In this document: one piece after another, positions 1 through 7,734 of the stretch
How the letters are laid out: each line of letters opens with the position of its first letter
How positions within the stretch are numbered: the first letter of the stretch is position 1
From: a virus
Length of the DNA: 64,000 nucleotides
Direction: 5' to 3' (one strand)
Virus record (IMG/VR): IMGVR_UViG_3300044535_002275
Coordinates: 95,511-159,510 of that record
Notes under the pieces: generated by a model
Told to the model about the DNA's origin: nothing
Databases searched by the model: none
What the model saw: the letters and a program-made list of their open reading frames with translations, nothing else
Translations under genes and position numbers: made by a program

Positions 1-61
1 ATTCGAACCAGCGACCTCCAGGTTATGAGCCTAGCGGGATGACCAACTTCCCTACCCTGCG
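1..61 (-). tRNA. tRNA-Met(CAT), probably initiator; 3' end truncated by window
   Basis: minus strand CGCAGGG...GGCT-CAT-AACC...GGTTCGAAT; 5' C typical of fMet. Confidence 0.85.
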
Positions 62-74
62 ATTGATTGTTCAA

Positions 75-273
75 TGGCCACTTGCGTCCCCGCTAGCCCC
101 ATTCTGAGTTGTCTACCCTGTCGATCCATTTATTTTTCTGGACAGGTTGGCTCCTGCCCTACGGTGTTTTCAAGACGCGGCGGTAATGCCGCCTTGAGGA
201 CTGACCGTATGTACCCTGCTGGTATGGCTGCAGCAATCGCCCCCTATACTTACGAGTAGGGATCCCGGGATTC
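75..273 (-). ncRNA. putative structured ncRNA between tRNAs
   Basis: GC-rich, several nested hairpins, no credible ORF. Confidence 0.45.
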
Positions 274-280
274 TAAAAGT

Positions 281-358
281 TGGCGACTCGGACGGGATTC
301 GAACCCGTGATCTCTTGCGTGACAGGCAAGCGTATTAGGCCAACTATACTACCGAGCC
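281..358 (-). tRNA. tRNA-Asp(GTC)
   Basis: cloverleaf, loop CT-GTC-AC, encoded CCA. Confidence 0.95.
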
Positions 359-362
359 AATT

Positions 363-446
363 TGGTGGAGGTGGTAGGGATCGAACCTACCTGGCGTTAG
401 CCCACGAATTTACAGTCCGCTGTCCCACCGTTGGAACATCACCTCC
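363..446 (-). tRNA. tRNA-Tyr(GTA)
   Basis: loop CT-GTA-AA, long variable arm, CCA. Confidence 0.93.
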
Positions 447-475
447 AAAAACTTTTGTGTTGCTATTATAGCAAC

Positions 476-590
476 GCCATATTGAAGCACACTGACTTCC
501 ACGGGATGACATCAGACGAATCTGCAACTTCCCCTTCAACGACAGTATCAGAGGGTGGAGTCGAACCACCACAGCGTGCTTCAATATGGC
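476..590 (-). ncRNA. long-stem RNA enclosing a tRNA T-arm (Y-RNA/YrlA-like topology)
   Basis: 19-nt inverted repeat 476-494/572-590 (one G-U) enclosing GGTGG-TTCGACT-CCACC. Confidence 0.45.
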
Positions 591-640
591 TCCCCAATCT
601 TGTCACAGTTGTGTGCTACTATCAACTGAGCTATTGGAGA
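587..640 (-). pseudogene. 54-nt tRNA remnant (acceptor stem, D-arm, CCA, no T-arm)
   Basis: TCTCCAA-TAGCTCAGTTG...TTGGGGA-GCCA. Confidence 0.5.
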
Positions 641-682
641 ATAGTTTGTTTTTAAAGAAAACAAATTACTTACTGTAGTACT

Positions 683-711
683 ATTATAACAAAAGTTGAT
701 TAACGTGTCAA
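683..711 (-). promoter_or_regulatory. sigma70 promoter
   Basis: TTGACA-17-TATAAT. Confidence 0.85.
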
Positions 712-719
712 CTGTGTTG

Positions 720-1142
720 TTACATGATTTCTTTGTACAAAGAACCGTTGTATTTTCTCAACGCCTGATCAACATCTTGCTTCAGTAAAGCAACAACCTC
801 GTCGGCAGATGAATAAATTAACCCTGCTTCTTCCAACGCAGATCGACGTAGCAATTCGCTAGCCTGAGTCCATCCCCAGACCGCACTGTCGGATCCAAAT
901 GCCAACTTAGGCCATCTTGTTTCAATCCAGCTCGACAGATGTTTTAATGCTGTTATAGTATTGGCCGGATGACTGCGAGAAATAGCAGAAAACCAATCGT
1001 TACTTAAAAGAGAAGAAAAAAAAGAACCAGGCTCTAGGCCGTGGATCAAATAACGATACATGGGACTGTAATATTCTGGCTCAACCTCCCACTCACTAGC
1101 ACTTTTTGCCAGCAGTAACTTTGAGTGTATTGTTAGGTTCAT
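720..1142 (-). CDS. hypothetical protein
   Basis: 140 aa ORF between tRNAs. Confidence 0.7.
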   Translation of the reverse strand: MNLTIHSKLLLAKSASEWEVEPEYYSPMYRYLIHGLEPGSFFSSLLSNDWFSAISRSHPANTITALKHLSSWIETRWPKLAFGSDSAVWGWTQASELLRRSALEEAGLIYSSADEVVALLKQDVDQALRKYNGSLYKEIM

Positions 1143-1155
1143 GGTATCAAAAATG

Positions 1156-1230
1156 TGGTACTCCGTAGGGGAGTCGAACCCCTCTTGCAGGAATGAAAAT
1201 CCTGAGTCCTAACCGATAGACGAACGGAGC
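1156..1230 (-). tRNA. tRNA-Glu(TTC)
   Basis: loop TT-TTC-AT, CCA. Confidence 0.93.
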
Positions 1231-1236
1231 ATTAAG

Positions 1237-1310
1237 TGGAGCAGGGTAAGAGAATCGAACTCTCCGCATCAGCTTGGAAGGCTGAGGTATTACCACTATA
1301 CGAACCCTGC
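1237..1310 (-). tRNA. tRNA-Gly(TCC)
   Basis: loop CT-TCC-AA, CCA. Confidence 0.95.
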
Positions 1311-1330
1311 TTGTTAATTACTATACTGCT

Positions 1331-1390
1331 ATTATAACAACGGACTATTTAGTTGTCAATGATTTTCGATGCCTGTTGCATTTCTACAAC
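1331..1390 (-). promoter_or_regulatory. sigma70 promoter with upstream GTTG-N8-CAAC palindrome
   Basis: TTGACA-17-TATAAT at 1359-1331; palindrome 1375-1390. Confidence 0.8.
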
Positions 1391-1401
1391 TAAATATTTC
1401 T

Positions 1402-2220
1402 ATGATAATATTATTTGGATGCAGTTGGGCAAGAAATGCCTGGGCACACACCAGTCAAGAATCTACATATGGTTATAAGCACTGGAGACTGCCTGATACC
1501 TGGGCAATAAATTCTCCCAACTGGTTGAATTCTTTTTTTACCAAAGACACAGTGGTAAATTTTGCTAGATACGCTAATACCAATGATTGGATGATTAGAG
1601 ATCTTTATCACGCTACCAACACTGTATCAAACTTTCCTGATCGAGTGGATTTCTTAGTGTTTCAAACAGATCCCTTGCGCATATTCGCTCCCAGACAAGA
1701 CTACAATGATTACAACATTGTTTGGCCTAATTTTGTAGCTTGGGCCGAAAAGAAACAGTTTGATTGGCAAACTCGCTCATTTGATGATATGCTGGAAGTC
1801 ATTTATAGAGATTATTATCAAAACTTAGTAAGTTTTCAAAGTTCCAGTCAGTATATGAATCCCGGAAAAGATATAAATCTTTGGTTAGTAGGCGGTGTCA
1901 GTCGTGTGCATCCGTGTATCAAGGATTTTGATCTTTGTACAATCATCGATAGCTTAACTGGATTTTTTGGATTTGCCAACGACTGTTGCCTTGAGAATCG
2001 TGCTAGTCTTATTAGCCTCACAAAATTTTGGGGAGATAAGCTAACTGATCCGGCAAAAAAACATGCACTTCGGGAAGCATGGAAACACTACGATGACTTA
2101 TTACAACAGAAGGAAGATTTTTGGGTCGAAAATCAGGAACTCTTTGCTGGCCGGCATACAACCGAAAAAGCCATGCAACAAATCGCCAAACACATAGAAT
2201 CTCAAATAGGATTGGGGTGA
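1402..2220 (+). CDS. SGNH-like hypothetical protein
   Basis: N-terminal IILFGCSW and late GRH; ATG 1402 follows TAAATA. Confidence 0.65.
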   Translation: MIILFGCSWARNAWAHTSQESTYGYKHWRLPDTWAINSPNWLNSFFTKDTVVNFARYANTNDWMIRDLYHATNTVSNFPDRVDFLVFQTDPLRIFAPRQDYNDYNIVWPNFVAWAEKKQFDWQTRSFDDMLEVIYRDYYQNLVSFQSSSQYMNPGKDINLWLVGGVSRVHPCIKDFDLCTIIDSLTGFFGFANDCCLENRASLISLTKFWGDKLTDPAKKHALREAWKHYDDLLQQKEDFWVENQELFAGRHTTEKAMQQIAKHIESQIGLG

Positions 2221-2287
2221 CTAACGGGGTTCGAACCCGTGACGACAGATCCACAATCTGTAGTGTTGCCGCTACACTATAGTCACC
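2213..2287 (-). tRNA. tRNA-His(GTG)
   Basis: loop TT-GTG-GA, G-1, CCA. Confidence 0.93.
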
Positions 2288-2373
2288 ACTATAAAACTAA
2301 CTAACTTTTCTTTAGTTGAAATCTGCAGCTCTAAATCCATAAATACGTGACAACTATTTTTACAGGAGCTGTT

Positions 2374-2826
2374 ATGTCGAATAAAGACTACAAAGAAATG
2401 AGTGCAAGCGAAAAGAAAAAAGAAGATTGGATGAATTCAAAATGGCGTCCAATGATGGGTTGGATGTACATGGCAGTGTGTATGGCTGACTTTGTGCTGT
2501 TTCCAGTTCTCTGGAGCCTAGTACAAGCAGCACACGGCGGTAGCGTACAAACACAGTGGAACCCAATTACACTACAAGGCGCAGGCCTGTTCCACATGGC
2601 CATGGGTGCTATTTTGGGTATTGCAGCATTTGGTCGTACACAAGAAAAGATGGCCGGTGCTAACAATGGCGGAATTGCTGCAGCACCTGCAGCCAGTTCG
2701 TTCTCTGCACCACCAGCAACCAGTTTTAGCGCACCTACCCCTACCCCAGCACCTGCCAGTTTCAACAGCGGCGGAATTGCAGCAGGTAAAGCTCGCCCGG
2801 CTGAATTTGAGCATCCGGCAATTTAA
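2374..2826 (+). CDS. holin (3TM / GTA-holin-like)
   Basis: KWRPMMGW...ILGIAAFGRTQEK, hydrophobic helices, AGGAG RBS, upstream of endolysin. Confidence 0.7.
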   Translation: MSNKDYKEMSASEKKKEDWMNSKWRPMMGWMYMAVCMADFVLFPVLWSLVQAAHGGSVQTQWNPITLQGAGLFHMAMGAILGIAAFGRTQEKMAGANNGGIAAAPAASSFSAPPATSFSAPTPTPAPASFNSGGIAAGKARPAEFEHPAI

Positions 2827-2839
2827 TAAGGAAAACAAA

Positions 2840-3067
2840 ATGAAATTAATATACTCAACTATTTTAGCACTGAGCCTTGTTGCCGGTGTTCACGCACAAG
2901 ACACCAAACCTGCTGCGAACAAAGGCGAAAAGAAAGAAGTCTGCACCGACGTCAAAGACAAGGCTGGTGCTGTGGTCAAGAACAAAGACGGCACGGTCAA
3001 ACAAACTTGCAAAACCATCACTGTGCGTAAGAAGTACGAAGGTACTGCAGTTCCCGACAAAAAATAA
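2840..3067 (+). CDS. small secreted protein
   Basis: signal peptide MKLIYSTILALSLVAGVHA, two Cys, AAGGA RBS. Confidence 0.7.
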   Translation: MKLIYSTILALSLVAGVHAQDTKPAANKGEKKEVCTDVKDKAGAVVKNKDGTVKQTCKTITVRKKYEGTAVPDKK

Positions 3068-3077
3068 GGAGTACTAG

Positions 3078-3932
3078 ATGGCTTTTAATTTTAATTTTAC
3101 TCAACAACAACTAGCGCAGTTAATTCCCGGCAACCCTTACGTAGCACAATGGTATTCTGCACTGAACATGATCTTGCCTGACTACGGAATTGATACTGTG
3201 CCACGTGTAGCAGCGTTTGTTGCTCAATGTGCGCACGAAAGTGCCAACTTCAAGTTCTTGAAAGAAAACTTGAACTACAAGGCCGAAAGCCTGATGCGAG
3301 TCTGGCCCAGTCGTTTCCCTTCGATAGATGTTGCTCGTCAATATGCCATGCAGCCAGAAAAGATTGCCAATAAGGTCTATGGTGGCCGCATGGGCAATGG
3401 CACAGAAGAAACCGGTGACGGATGGCGTTACGCCGGCAAAGGTCTTATTCAGTTGACTGGCAAGGACAACTACACACGCTTTGCTGAAAGTATTGACACC
3501 CCAGTGGAAGAAATTCCTGAATACCTACAGACATTTGAAGGTGCTGTGCAAAGTGCCTGTTGGTTCTGGGAAGTCAACAATTTAAATCAGTGGGCCGATG
3601 CCGGCGATATACTAACCTTGACCAAACGCATCAACGGTGGTGTCATTGGCCTGGAAGATCGCAAAAAGCACTATGCACATGCTTTGCATGTGTTGGGTGG
3701 CGATTCAGCACACCATGTTGCAGAAAGTTCTGCCGCTGTCAACACTGCTCAAGTTCTACGACGCGGCAGTCGTGGGGACACTGTGGCTGCCATGCAGATC
3801 AAACTGGGATTGAGCGGAGACGGTGACTTTGGTCCAGCAACAGAACGTGCTCTAATGGGTTGGCAGCGTGAAAACGGATTAGAACCCGACGGCGTTGCTG
3901 GTCCCGCGACACTAGCCAAATTGTTGGCCTAA
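3078..3932 (+). CDS. endolysin, GH19 plus C-terminal peptidoglycan-binding domain
   Basis: AQCAHES, ENLNY, GKGLIQLTGKDNY, RINGG; DGDFGPAT/DGVAGPAT. Confidence 0.93.
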   Translation: MAFNFNFTQQQLAQLIPGNPYVAQWYSALNMILPDYGIDTVPRVAAFVAQCAHESANFKFLKENLNYKAESLMRVWPSRFPSIDVARQYAMQPEKIANKVYGGRMGNGTEETGDGWRYAGKGLIQLTGKDNYTRFAESIDTPVEEIPEYLQTFEGAVQSACWFWEVNNLNQWADAGDILTLTKRINGGVIGLEDRKKHYAHALHVLGGDSAHHVAESSAAVNTAQVLRRGSRGDTVAAMQIKLGLSGDGDFGPATERALMGWQRENGLEPDGVAGPATLAKLLA

Positions 3933-3936
3933 CATC

Positions 3937-4377
3937 ATGTGGCAAATCATGTGGATGCTGGGGTTGATACCAGCCTGGCTATGGCACGTATTACTGGGAG
4001 TTTCCCTGGTGACCATAGCTGCCACATATTTTCTACGCATGATTCCATTCTTTGGCACAAACGCAATTCAGTTGCGTTTTGTTGCTACACTGATATTGAT
4101 TTTTACTGTCTGGATGGAAGGCGGCATAGCCAACGAAGCCAAGTGGCAACAACGTATTCAAGACTTGGAAGCCCGAGTAGCTGCTGCTGAAAAGCAGGCT
4201 GCTGAAACCAATACCAAAATTGAAACAGTTTATGTTGATCGAGTTCAAGTGGTCAAAGAAATACAATATGTAGTTCGCAAAGATATTGAACGTGCTGCTA
4301 CCGAACTGGATGCCAACTGTCGTGTTTCGCCTCGTGCTATTGAACTATTAAATCAAGCCACAGGTGTTAAGAAATGA
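3937..4377 (+). CDS. i-spanin (Rz-like)
   Basis: TM helices plus coiled coil, follows endolysin. Confidence 0.7.
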   Translation: MWQIMWMLGLIPAWLWHVLLGVSLVTIAATYFLRMIPFFGTNAIQLRFVATLILIFTVWMEGGIANEAKWQQRIQDLEARVAAAEKQAAETNTKIETVYVDRVQVVKEIQYVVRKDIERAATELDANCRVSPRAIELLNQATGVKK

Positions 4378-4631
4378 AATTTATTGTCATTGCTGTTTTA
4401 CTAGTATTGACTGGTTGTGTTGCTCCGGTCAAACGAGAATTCCCTGTTATTCCACCCAGCTTGGAAAAGCCCTGTGGTAATTTATTAGATGTTCCAACCA
4501 CTACCCGACTCAGTAAAGTTCTTGAAGTAGTTACCGAAAACTATGCATTATATCGAGAGTGTCAGATCAAAAATGAAACTTGGCTAGATTGGTATCAAAA
4601 ACAAAAGAAGATATTTGATAGTGTAAAATAA
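4374..4631 (+). CDS. o-spanin (Rz1-like lipoprotein)
   Basis: lipobox LTGC, Pro-rich, overlaps i-spanin stop. Confidence 0.75.
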   Translation: MKFIVIAVLLVLTGCVAPVKREFPVIPPSLEKPCGNLLDVPTTTRLSKVLEVVTENYALYRECQIKNETWLDWYQKQKKIFDSVK

Positions 4632-4632
4632 T

Positions 4633-4708
4633 TGGTGCGCAGTGACGGGCTCGAACCGCCGACATTCTGCGTGTAAAGCAGACACTCTACCAACTGAGCT
4701 AACCGCGC
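4633..4708 (-). tRNA. tRNA-Val(TAC)
   Basis: loop TT-TAC-AC, CCA. Confidence 0.95.
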
Positions 4709-4714
4709 CGTATT

Positions 4715-4798
4715 TGGTGCTCCAGGTCGGACTCGAACCGACACGCCTTTCGGCACTAGTTCCTAAGACTAGCGTGGCTACCATTACACCACCGGAGC
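4715..4798 (-). tRNA. tRNA-Leu(TAG)
   Basis: loop CT-TAG-GA, long variable arm. Confidence 0.95.
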
Positions 4799-4828
4799 TT
4801 TATAAATATAACTCTTAGAGGAATACTT

Positions 4829-5269
4829 ATGAAAAAATTATTACTTGCATTACTATTTGTACCTGCGATTGCTGTATCTCAAACACCAAAAGAACCTGTG
4901 GGCGTCACATACGATGCTCAAATCATCCGCGTCAGCGACGGCGATACCATTGTGATTGCTGCTGCATTTTTGCCACCGCCCTTGAAGCCTGAGCTAGCTG
5001 TGCGTATCTACGGAGTTGACACTCCGGAAAAAGGACACAGAGCACAATGTCCTCAAGAAGCAGCACGAGCCGAACAAGCATCGGCTTGGACCAAACAGCT
5101 GATTGCCAGCAGCACCAAGCGTCAAGTGATCTTATACAAGTGGGACAAGTTCGGCGGTCGTGTGATCGGCGACATCATCGTCAACGGTCAAAGTGTGCGT
5201 CGCGGACTTATTGCTAATGGTTTTGCCAGAGAATACTACGGCGAAGCAAAAACCAGCTGGTGTAACTAA
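4829..5269 (+). CDS. thermonuclease (SNase family) with signal peptide
   Basis: VSDGDTI, VRIYGVDTPE, DKFGGRVIG; TATAAATA at 4801-4808. Confidence 0.9.
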   Translation: MKKLLLALLFVPAIAVSQTPKEPVGVTYDAQIIRVSDGDTIVIAAAFLPPPLKPELAVRIYGVDTPEKGHRAQCPQEAARAEQASAWTKQLIASSTKRQVILYKWDKFGGRVIGDIIVNGQSVRRGLIANGFAREYYGEAKTSWCN

Positions 5270-5493
5270 TCTCTACGCATCTTCCAAGTGTAGTTTTCTC
5301 CGCTTGGAAGACGTCCATCTTTAACACTGTCAACACCCATGGCACCAACTTGGTTGGCATTTTCTCCAACCATAGCAACATAAGCTCGACCTTGAGTGCG
5401 TAGACGATTGGCTTGTGTCAAGGCTTCGACCATTTCTGCATAATCTTCGCTGCATGCTGTTCCGTTAGGATCAGTCCAATAAACTTTGTACAT
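5266..5493 (-). CDS. hypothetical protein
   Basis: start at MYKVYW, just downstream of tRNA-Phe. Confidence 0.7.
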   Translation of the reverse strand: MYKVYWTDPNGTACSEDYAEMVEALTQANRLRTQGRAYVAMVGENANQVGAMGVDSVKDGRLPSGENYTWKMRRD

Positions 5494-5508
5494 TACTTTC
5501 TCTTTATC

Positions 5509-5584
5509 TGGTGCCGACCCCCGGTTACGATCCGGATTCTCCAATTCTTCAGACTGGCGTGAGGACCACCTTCACCTGATCGGC
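5509..5584 (-). tRNA. tRNA-Phe(GAA)
   Basis: loop CT-GAA-GA, atypical T-loop, CCA. Confidence 0.85.
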
Positions 5585-5592
5585 ATTAATAT

Positions 5593-5682
5593 TGGCGGAA
5601 GTGGTAGGATTCGAACCCACGGTGCGTTTCCACACTTCAGTTTTCAAGACTGCTGCCTTAAGCCAGACTCAGCCACACTTCC
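5593..5682 (-). tRNA. tRNA-Ser(TGA)
   Basis: loop CT-TGA-AA, long variable arm. Confidence 0.95.
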
Positions 5683-5690
5683 TTTAAGGG

Positions 5691-5804
5691 TGAACAAAGA
5701 TATCCTCACTGCCACGACCAGATTTCCTTCGGCAGGGGTACGCCACTAGGCGGTTAGTAAAGATAACCCGTGTGCATTTAACACTGCTCGGATATCTTCG
5801 TTCA
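5691..5804 (-). ncRNA. putative structured ncRNA closed by a 15-nt terminal stem
   Basis: TGAACAAAGATATCC...GGATATCTTCGTTCA inverted repeat. Confidence 0.45.
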
Positions 5805-5809
5805 TTGGT

Positions 5810-5885
5810 TGGTGGTGAGAGAGGGACTTGAACCCCCGACCTTGCGAATATGAATCGCCTGCTCTACCAACTAAGCTATATCACC
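5810..5885 (-). tRNA. tRNA-Met(CAT), probably elongator
   Basis: loop TT-CAT-AT, CCA. Confidence 0.85.
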
Positions 5886-6050
5886 ATATTGAAACGTACT
5901 CTGACAAAATCCGGTAAGATTATGCGTTGATCGATCTACTTGAATACGTTTCACTATAATGACATTGATGAAATGCTTAATAAGAAAGAAGCATACCTTA
6001 ATCTTGGTTATAAGTTTCATTTACAGCTGGATCATAAATTATTAGAAAAC

Positions 6051-6126
6051 TGGTAGGGGCACTGGGGTACGATCCCAGAAAGCGACATTAAAAGTGTCAT
6101 ATGATATCCATTTTCATCATACCCCC
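6051..6126 (-). tRNA. tRNA-Lys(TTT)
   Basis: loop CT-TTT-AA, CCA. Confidence 0.88.
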
Positions 6127-6252
6127 ACTGTCTTTAATCTTTACTTCTCTACGCAAGGCCTTGTTGCTCTTGCGGTGACTTCCTGCCCCTGTCTTTTGTA
6201 GTACCAGGCAAACGAAGGGGTTACGTTTGGGTACGGTCAGTTTAGACTTCAT
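6097..6252 (-). CDS. 51-aa basic peptide; stop codon lies inside tRNA-Lys
   Basis: AAGGAG RBS; MKSKLTVPKRNPFVCLVLQKTGAGSHRKSNKALRREVKIKDSGGMMKMDII. Confidence 0.6.
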   Translation of the reverse strand: MKSKLTVPKRNPFVCLVLQKTGAGSHRKSNKALRREVKIKDSGGMMKMDII

Positions 6253-6267
6253 AACTACTCCTTAAAA

Positions 6268-6558
6268 TTATGTTACTTTTTGTTTGTTTTTAACGGCACT
6301 AAGCAATGTTGACGCACGTTTGAGGTCAAAGTTTTTGTGGCGGTACATGTAGGTTTTTTTACGTTCCGCTACTACTAGAGCTTGTGCCAACATGTACTTC
6401 TCATTAAAATTTAGAGACCGCATCATGGCGTCTTGCATGTCCACGACATCTAGTGCATACTCCAGCCACTTCTCTGTTGCTTTAATGCTGTCGTAAGTGC
6501 TAAAGCCCGCAGACTTGTTGCTGGTGTTGTATTTGTTAATAAAGTTGCGAGCTTGCAT
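6268..6558 (-). CDS. hypothetical protein
   Basis: AAGGAG RBS, behind promoter. Confidence 0.75.
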   Translation of the reverse strand: MQARNFINKYNTSNKSAGFSTYDSIKATEKWLEYALDVVDMQDAMMRSLNFNEKYMLAQALVVAERKKTYMYRHKNFDLKRASTLLSAVKNKQKVT

Positions 6559-6588
6559 AATAAACTCCTTGTTGATTAACAAGCAAGT

Positions 6589-6640
6589 ATTATAGCACTC
6601 AGCGAGTTAGTGGTCAAATCAACCGTTGCGTAATTACAAC
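6589..6640 (-). promoter_or_regulatory. sigma70 promoter with GTTG-N8-CAAC palindrome
   Basis: TTGACC-17-TATAAT at 6617-6589; palindrome 6625-6640. Confidence 0.8.
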
Positions 6641-6646
6641 AAGATG

Positions 6647-6720
6647 TGGCAGGCCCACAAGGGTTCGAACCTTGACTGACAGAATCAAAATCTGTAGTGC
6701 TACCATTACACTATGGACCA
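6647..6720 (-). tRNA. tRNA-Gln(TTG)
   Basis: loop TT-TTG-AT, CCA. Confidence 0.93.
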
Positions 6721-6726
6721 ACAAAA

Positions 6727-6801
6727 TGGCTCCCCAGGGTGGTTACGATCCACCGACCAAATGATTAACAGTCATCTACTCTACCGCTGAGCTACTGGGG
6801 A
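6727..6801 (-). tRNA. tRNA-Asn(GTT)
   Basis: loop CT-GTT-AA, CCA. Confidence 0.93.
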
Positions 6802-6852
6802 ATAAAACTTTACTATAACTCTATTATAACTAAAACTGCATTACCGGTCAAC

Positions 6853-7320
6853 CTACCGATAGTACTGATTGACATGCTGTTGTATTTTATCGTGGCTGAT
6901 TTTGTAGTGACCATGTCCGGGACTGCGTTGCCCACGCCCAGAAGCATCAAACCAGTTATCGTACGGAATTCCGAATCGATCAAAATTGACATCAACTGAA
7001 TGATAAGCTCCTACAGTTATTGCATACACCGGTTTGACAGTGACCTGCTTTAATACTTGCTTCACTGCAACAGCGCCGGCACTAAAACCATACAGCTCAT
7101 ATGGTTGATTTAACTGTTGAACAAAATCAACTGCCGCAGCAGATTCCTGCCAGTTGTACACCAGTGAACAGGCTGATTTTTGTTCAGCGTACTGATCAAA
7201 TGCTGCTTGATCAAACACACCGCCGGCACCACGGAATCCAACAACATACAGATTGCAGTCTACATCGGGTGTGACAGCCGGAGTAAAAAACCATAAAAAC
7301 ACAGTGAGAAAAATATCCAT
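6853..7320 (-). CDS. alpha/beta-hydrolase-like secreted protein
   Basis: GFSAG nucleophile elbow, hydrophobic N-terminus. Confidence 0.6.
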   Translation of the reverse strand: MDIFLTVFLWFFTPAVTPDVDCNLYVVGFRGAGGVFDQAAFDQYAEQKSACSLVYNWQESAAAVDFVQQLNQPYELYGFSAGAVAVKQVLKQVTVKPVYAITVGAYHSVDVNFDRFGIPYDNWFDASGRGQRSPGHGHYKISHDKIQQHVNQYYR

Positions 7321-7333
7321 GTGTTATTTAACT

Positions 7334-7410
7334 TGGCCGGTCCTGAGAGACTCGAACTCCCAACCTCCAGTTTCGAAGACTGGCACTCTATCCAATTGAG
7401 TTAAGGACCG
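7334..7410 (-). tRNA. tRNA-Arg(TCG)
   Basis: loop CT-TCG-AA, CCA. Confidence 0.93.
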
Positions 7411-7415
7411 TGTTG

Positions 7416-7510
7416 TGGTAGTAGCGTAGAGATTCGAACTCTATCGTTGCAGCCCATCTGACCGCTCTCCCAGGTTTATAAAACCCGGCCGCATACCAAT
7501 GCTCGCTACC
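7416..7510 (-). tRNA. non-canonical tRNA, anticodon TAT (Ile codon AUA)
   Basis: 7-bp acceptor, 4-nt D-loop, loop TT-TAT-AA, long variable hairpin, normal T-arm, CCA. Confidence 0.75.
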
Positions 7511-7528
7511 GTTAATTAAATTGTGTTA

Positions 7529-7606
7529 TGGAGGACAGGGTCGGATTCAAACCGACGGTTGTAGAGATTTGCAGTCACTTGCCTTGGATCACTCGGCCAC
7601 CTGTCC
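7529..7606 (-). tRNA. tRNA-Cys(GCA)
   Basis: loop CT-GCA-AA, U discriminator. Confidence 0.92.
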
Positions 7607-7611
7607 ATATT

Positions 7612-7685
7612 TGGTGCTCCCAACAAGAATTGAACTTGTGATTCAGTCTTACCAAGACTGTGGTATACCACTTACCTATAGGAGC
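7612..7685 (-). tRNA. tRNA-Thr(GGT)
   Basis: loop TT-GGT-AA, CCA. Confidence 0.92.
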
Positions 7686-7734
7686 AAGAAAACCAAGGCG
7701 TACATTTCTGCAGAGGCCCTGGCCGTGTTTACTG

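Noticed and set aside
75-273. tmRNA or RNase P RNA
   Set aside because: No T-arm or alanine acceptor; no GAGGAAAGUCC P4 motif.
74-655. Short ORFs overlapping tRNAs (also 4584-4784, 5486-5749, 7521-7811, 8229-8513, 9850-10176)
   Set aside because: Shadow frames of tRNA and ncRNA genes.
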